Source: the human T2T-CHM13v2.0 reference genome, Homo sapiens
DNA length: 64,000 nucleotides
Assembly: GCF_009914755.1 (NCBI RefSeq)
Contig: NC_060927.1
Reading direction: 5' to 3' (one strand)
Shown here: positions 61,777 through 64,000 of the stretch, piece after piece
Numbering within the stretch: position 1 is the first letter of the stretch
Layout: every line of letters begins with the position of its first letter
The notes under the pieces: generated by a model
Databases searched by the model: none
What the model saw: only the letters and a program-made list of their open reading frames with translations
What the model was told of the DNA's origin: nothing
Program-made: the position numbers and the translations under genes

Positions 61777-63053
61777 TATATACACAAGTGTATATATATT
61801 TGTGTGGTGGTAGGACTAATTACTTAAATAATTTTTCTCAACTTTGCATATACTTTTTTCTTCCTGCATTTAATCTAGTTTCATTTGGATTATGTCTAGT
61901 TTCTGTGGAAGTAGCTTCATAAATAATTTAAATGATCTTTGATTTGAGACTGACTCTTAAAAATGGAAATTGCATTTATCTGGGTTAGAATTTTATCTAG
62001 GATTTTAATTTAATAGCTGTTATTTTTACTTTCAAATTCATATTTTAATACAATTAAAAGTTGGGTTTTTTAATTTGGGGACAGACAGCAAGCTGTTTTA
62101 TTTTATTTTTGCCTGCCAAGGAATGCTTTTTCCTTGACACGGACAAGGGTGCTCTTTCTTTTTCTGTTCTAGCTCTCCTGTGTCTTGGACTTCTTAATTC
62201 TTTCTGGTGGGATTTTTCTCCCTTCCTTCTTTACCTTTCACTAGAGATAGAGTTATCCTTTCTTCTGGCTCTTGTTTCCCTCCCAAGACAGCTACATCTC
62301 ACCATTTGCCTTGGCCTCCTTTATTTCTCCTTCTATTCATCTTTTGTACTTGGAGTGGTCCGCAAGGTGAGGAGAGTTGAGCTCAATGAAAAGAAGGTAG
62401 ATTTTTGCCTTTTTTATGCAGAACAATGTCTTCAAAAAAATCAGAACAGAAAAAATAAGATGCATTCTAATGGATCTTTGACACTTTTTGGTAATGAAGC
62501 TTTTAGTTCCCATAGAGTTGTGTGTAGGTCAGAAAATCTGCCAAGTTTCTTACTCTATGTTCAGCTCAAGTTTGCTCTGGCACCAAAGAGGAGAGAAACG
62601 GGGGGTTGCAGAAAACAGGGGGTTGAGAGCTTTATCTTTTTGTCCTTTACTTTCATCTAAAAAAAAAAAAACTTTCTATGTAAGTCAAAAGGCATACTAA
62701 TTTTATATTTCAGTGTTTCTTTGAGTTTCATTTAGACCATACAAGCTGACCATGACATATGACTTCTATGTGTTCAGTCACTTAAGATCATCAAATGCCT
62801 AGACTTTGTATTTGAAATCTTTGGCATCCCTTCTAACTTGTGTTTTGCAGTTAAATTACTTTGGAGATGAGATAGAAATCTGAACCAAAAATAATTATTG
62901 TAACTATGCAACTCTTATTTCCTACCTTGGCTTAATGTGTTCCTATGTGAACTGTGTTTGTTTGGAACAATTTAAAAATATATCTCCTCTCATCCTTTTT
63001 CTTTCCTGAACCATAGTAGGCTTTGGTGAGCAGATATGAAAATTGTGATGACC

Positions 63054-63360
63054 AGGCTGGGCACAGTGGCTCACACCTATAATCCCACCACTTTGGGAGG
63101 CTGAGGTGGCGGGTCACCTGAGGTCAGGATTTCGAGACCAGCCTGGCCAACATGGTGAAAACCTGTCTCTACTAAAAATACAAAAATTAACCAGGCATGG
63201 TGGTAGGCGCATGTAATCCCAGCTACTCAGGAGGCTGAGGCAGGAGAATCACTTGAACCTGAGAGGCGGAGGGTGCAGTGAGCCGAGACGATGCCTCTGC
63301 ACTCCAGCCTGGGTGACAGAGTAAGACTCTGTCTAAAAAAAAAAAAAAAAAAAAAAAAAG
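63054..63360 (+). mobile_element. Alu (S-type)
   Basis: Full sense dimer with TSD GAA(A/T)ATTGTGATGA. Confidence 0.93.
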
Positions 63361-64000
63361 AATGAATGAATATTGTGATGATCTCTGAATCATCTTCATG
63401 TTCCTTCTTTGCCAATTCCCATCGGGGCCAACCAGGGACAAACTCAGGACTTCCTGGGAAATTATACAGTTGAGGGAGGGCGTTAAGCAGGGAGGTGTAA
63501 AATATGTTCTTGGAGACTACTTTGTCTACCAGAATCTGTGAAGCACTCGTTTAGTGTTGAATGAGGAATTTAGGAATGATTGGCCTTTGTTGCTGCCAAT
63601 CATGGTGATGTGTGTATAGGATTATCAAAATGTGTTACAAATCAACCTGCTCATTCACATTACTCCTTTTCCGTAATGTCTAATTTTTGTATCATTAATA
63701 TTTTTATATTTTATAAAGTATAAAATATTAATATTGATTTTCTTATTATAGCTGATCAATCAGTGGAAAAATGAATAATGTAACCTGCTATTCCTTTCCC
63801 CCAAGCCTACTTTCCTGAGATCATGATTATAATCTTTGTACATACACTCTTTTCTTTTTTTAAGCATTTGCCTTTGGTGACATCATTCTCTTCACAATGT
63901 AGAGTAGATATCCATCTGAGTCAATACATAAAAATCCATGTTTTTAAAAATAACTGCATCTGTTCTGCAGTGTAGATAGACCATATGTTATTCAAACATT

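Noticed and set aside
62061-62660. 199-aa hydrophobic ORF
   Set aside because: It starts at TTG, and its Leu/Phe/Ser bias comes from a pyrimidine-rich tract. I recognise no domain or exon structure, so it is probably chance.

Overview
This is human (primate) genomic DNA from inside one very large gene. The only protein-coding sequence I can support is a single 105-nt exon on the + strand (40135-40239). It encodes [36 protein letters not shown], which I recognise as exon 2 of PTPRG (receptor tyrosine phosphatase gamma, 3p14.2). Sequence upstream is the distal part of intron 1, and sequence downstream is intron 2. The introns contain a full-length processed RPL10A pseudogene (- strand) disabled by a single 2-nt deletion at codon 4, and a 5'-truncated Y3 RNA retrocopy. 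They also hold about 41 Alu elements or fragments, two L1PA 3' ends (one with a twin-priming inversion), older L1M pieces, THE1 and MST solo LTRs, several hAT/Tigger/mariner MITEs, MIR/L2 relics and a long (TA)n tract. Apart from the ORFs over the pseudogene and the exon, the ORF track is Alu/L1-derived or chance. I see no convincing new biological system. The best leads are modest: a candidate poison exon at 31945, a palindromic forkhead-site cluster at 48849-48934, very close inverted Alu pairs, a probable cap-derived G on the RPL10A retrocopy, a Y3 retrocopy truncated near the known 5'-fragment boundary, and several local rearrangement scars. Repeat family names and reference sequences are recalled from memory, not searched, and boundaries are approximate unless a target-site duplication (TSD) is quoted.
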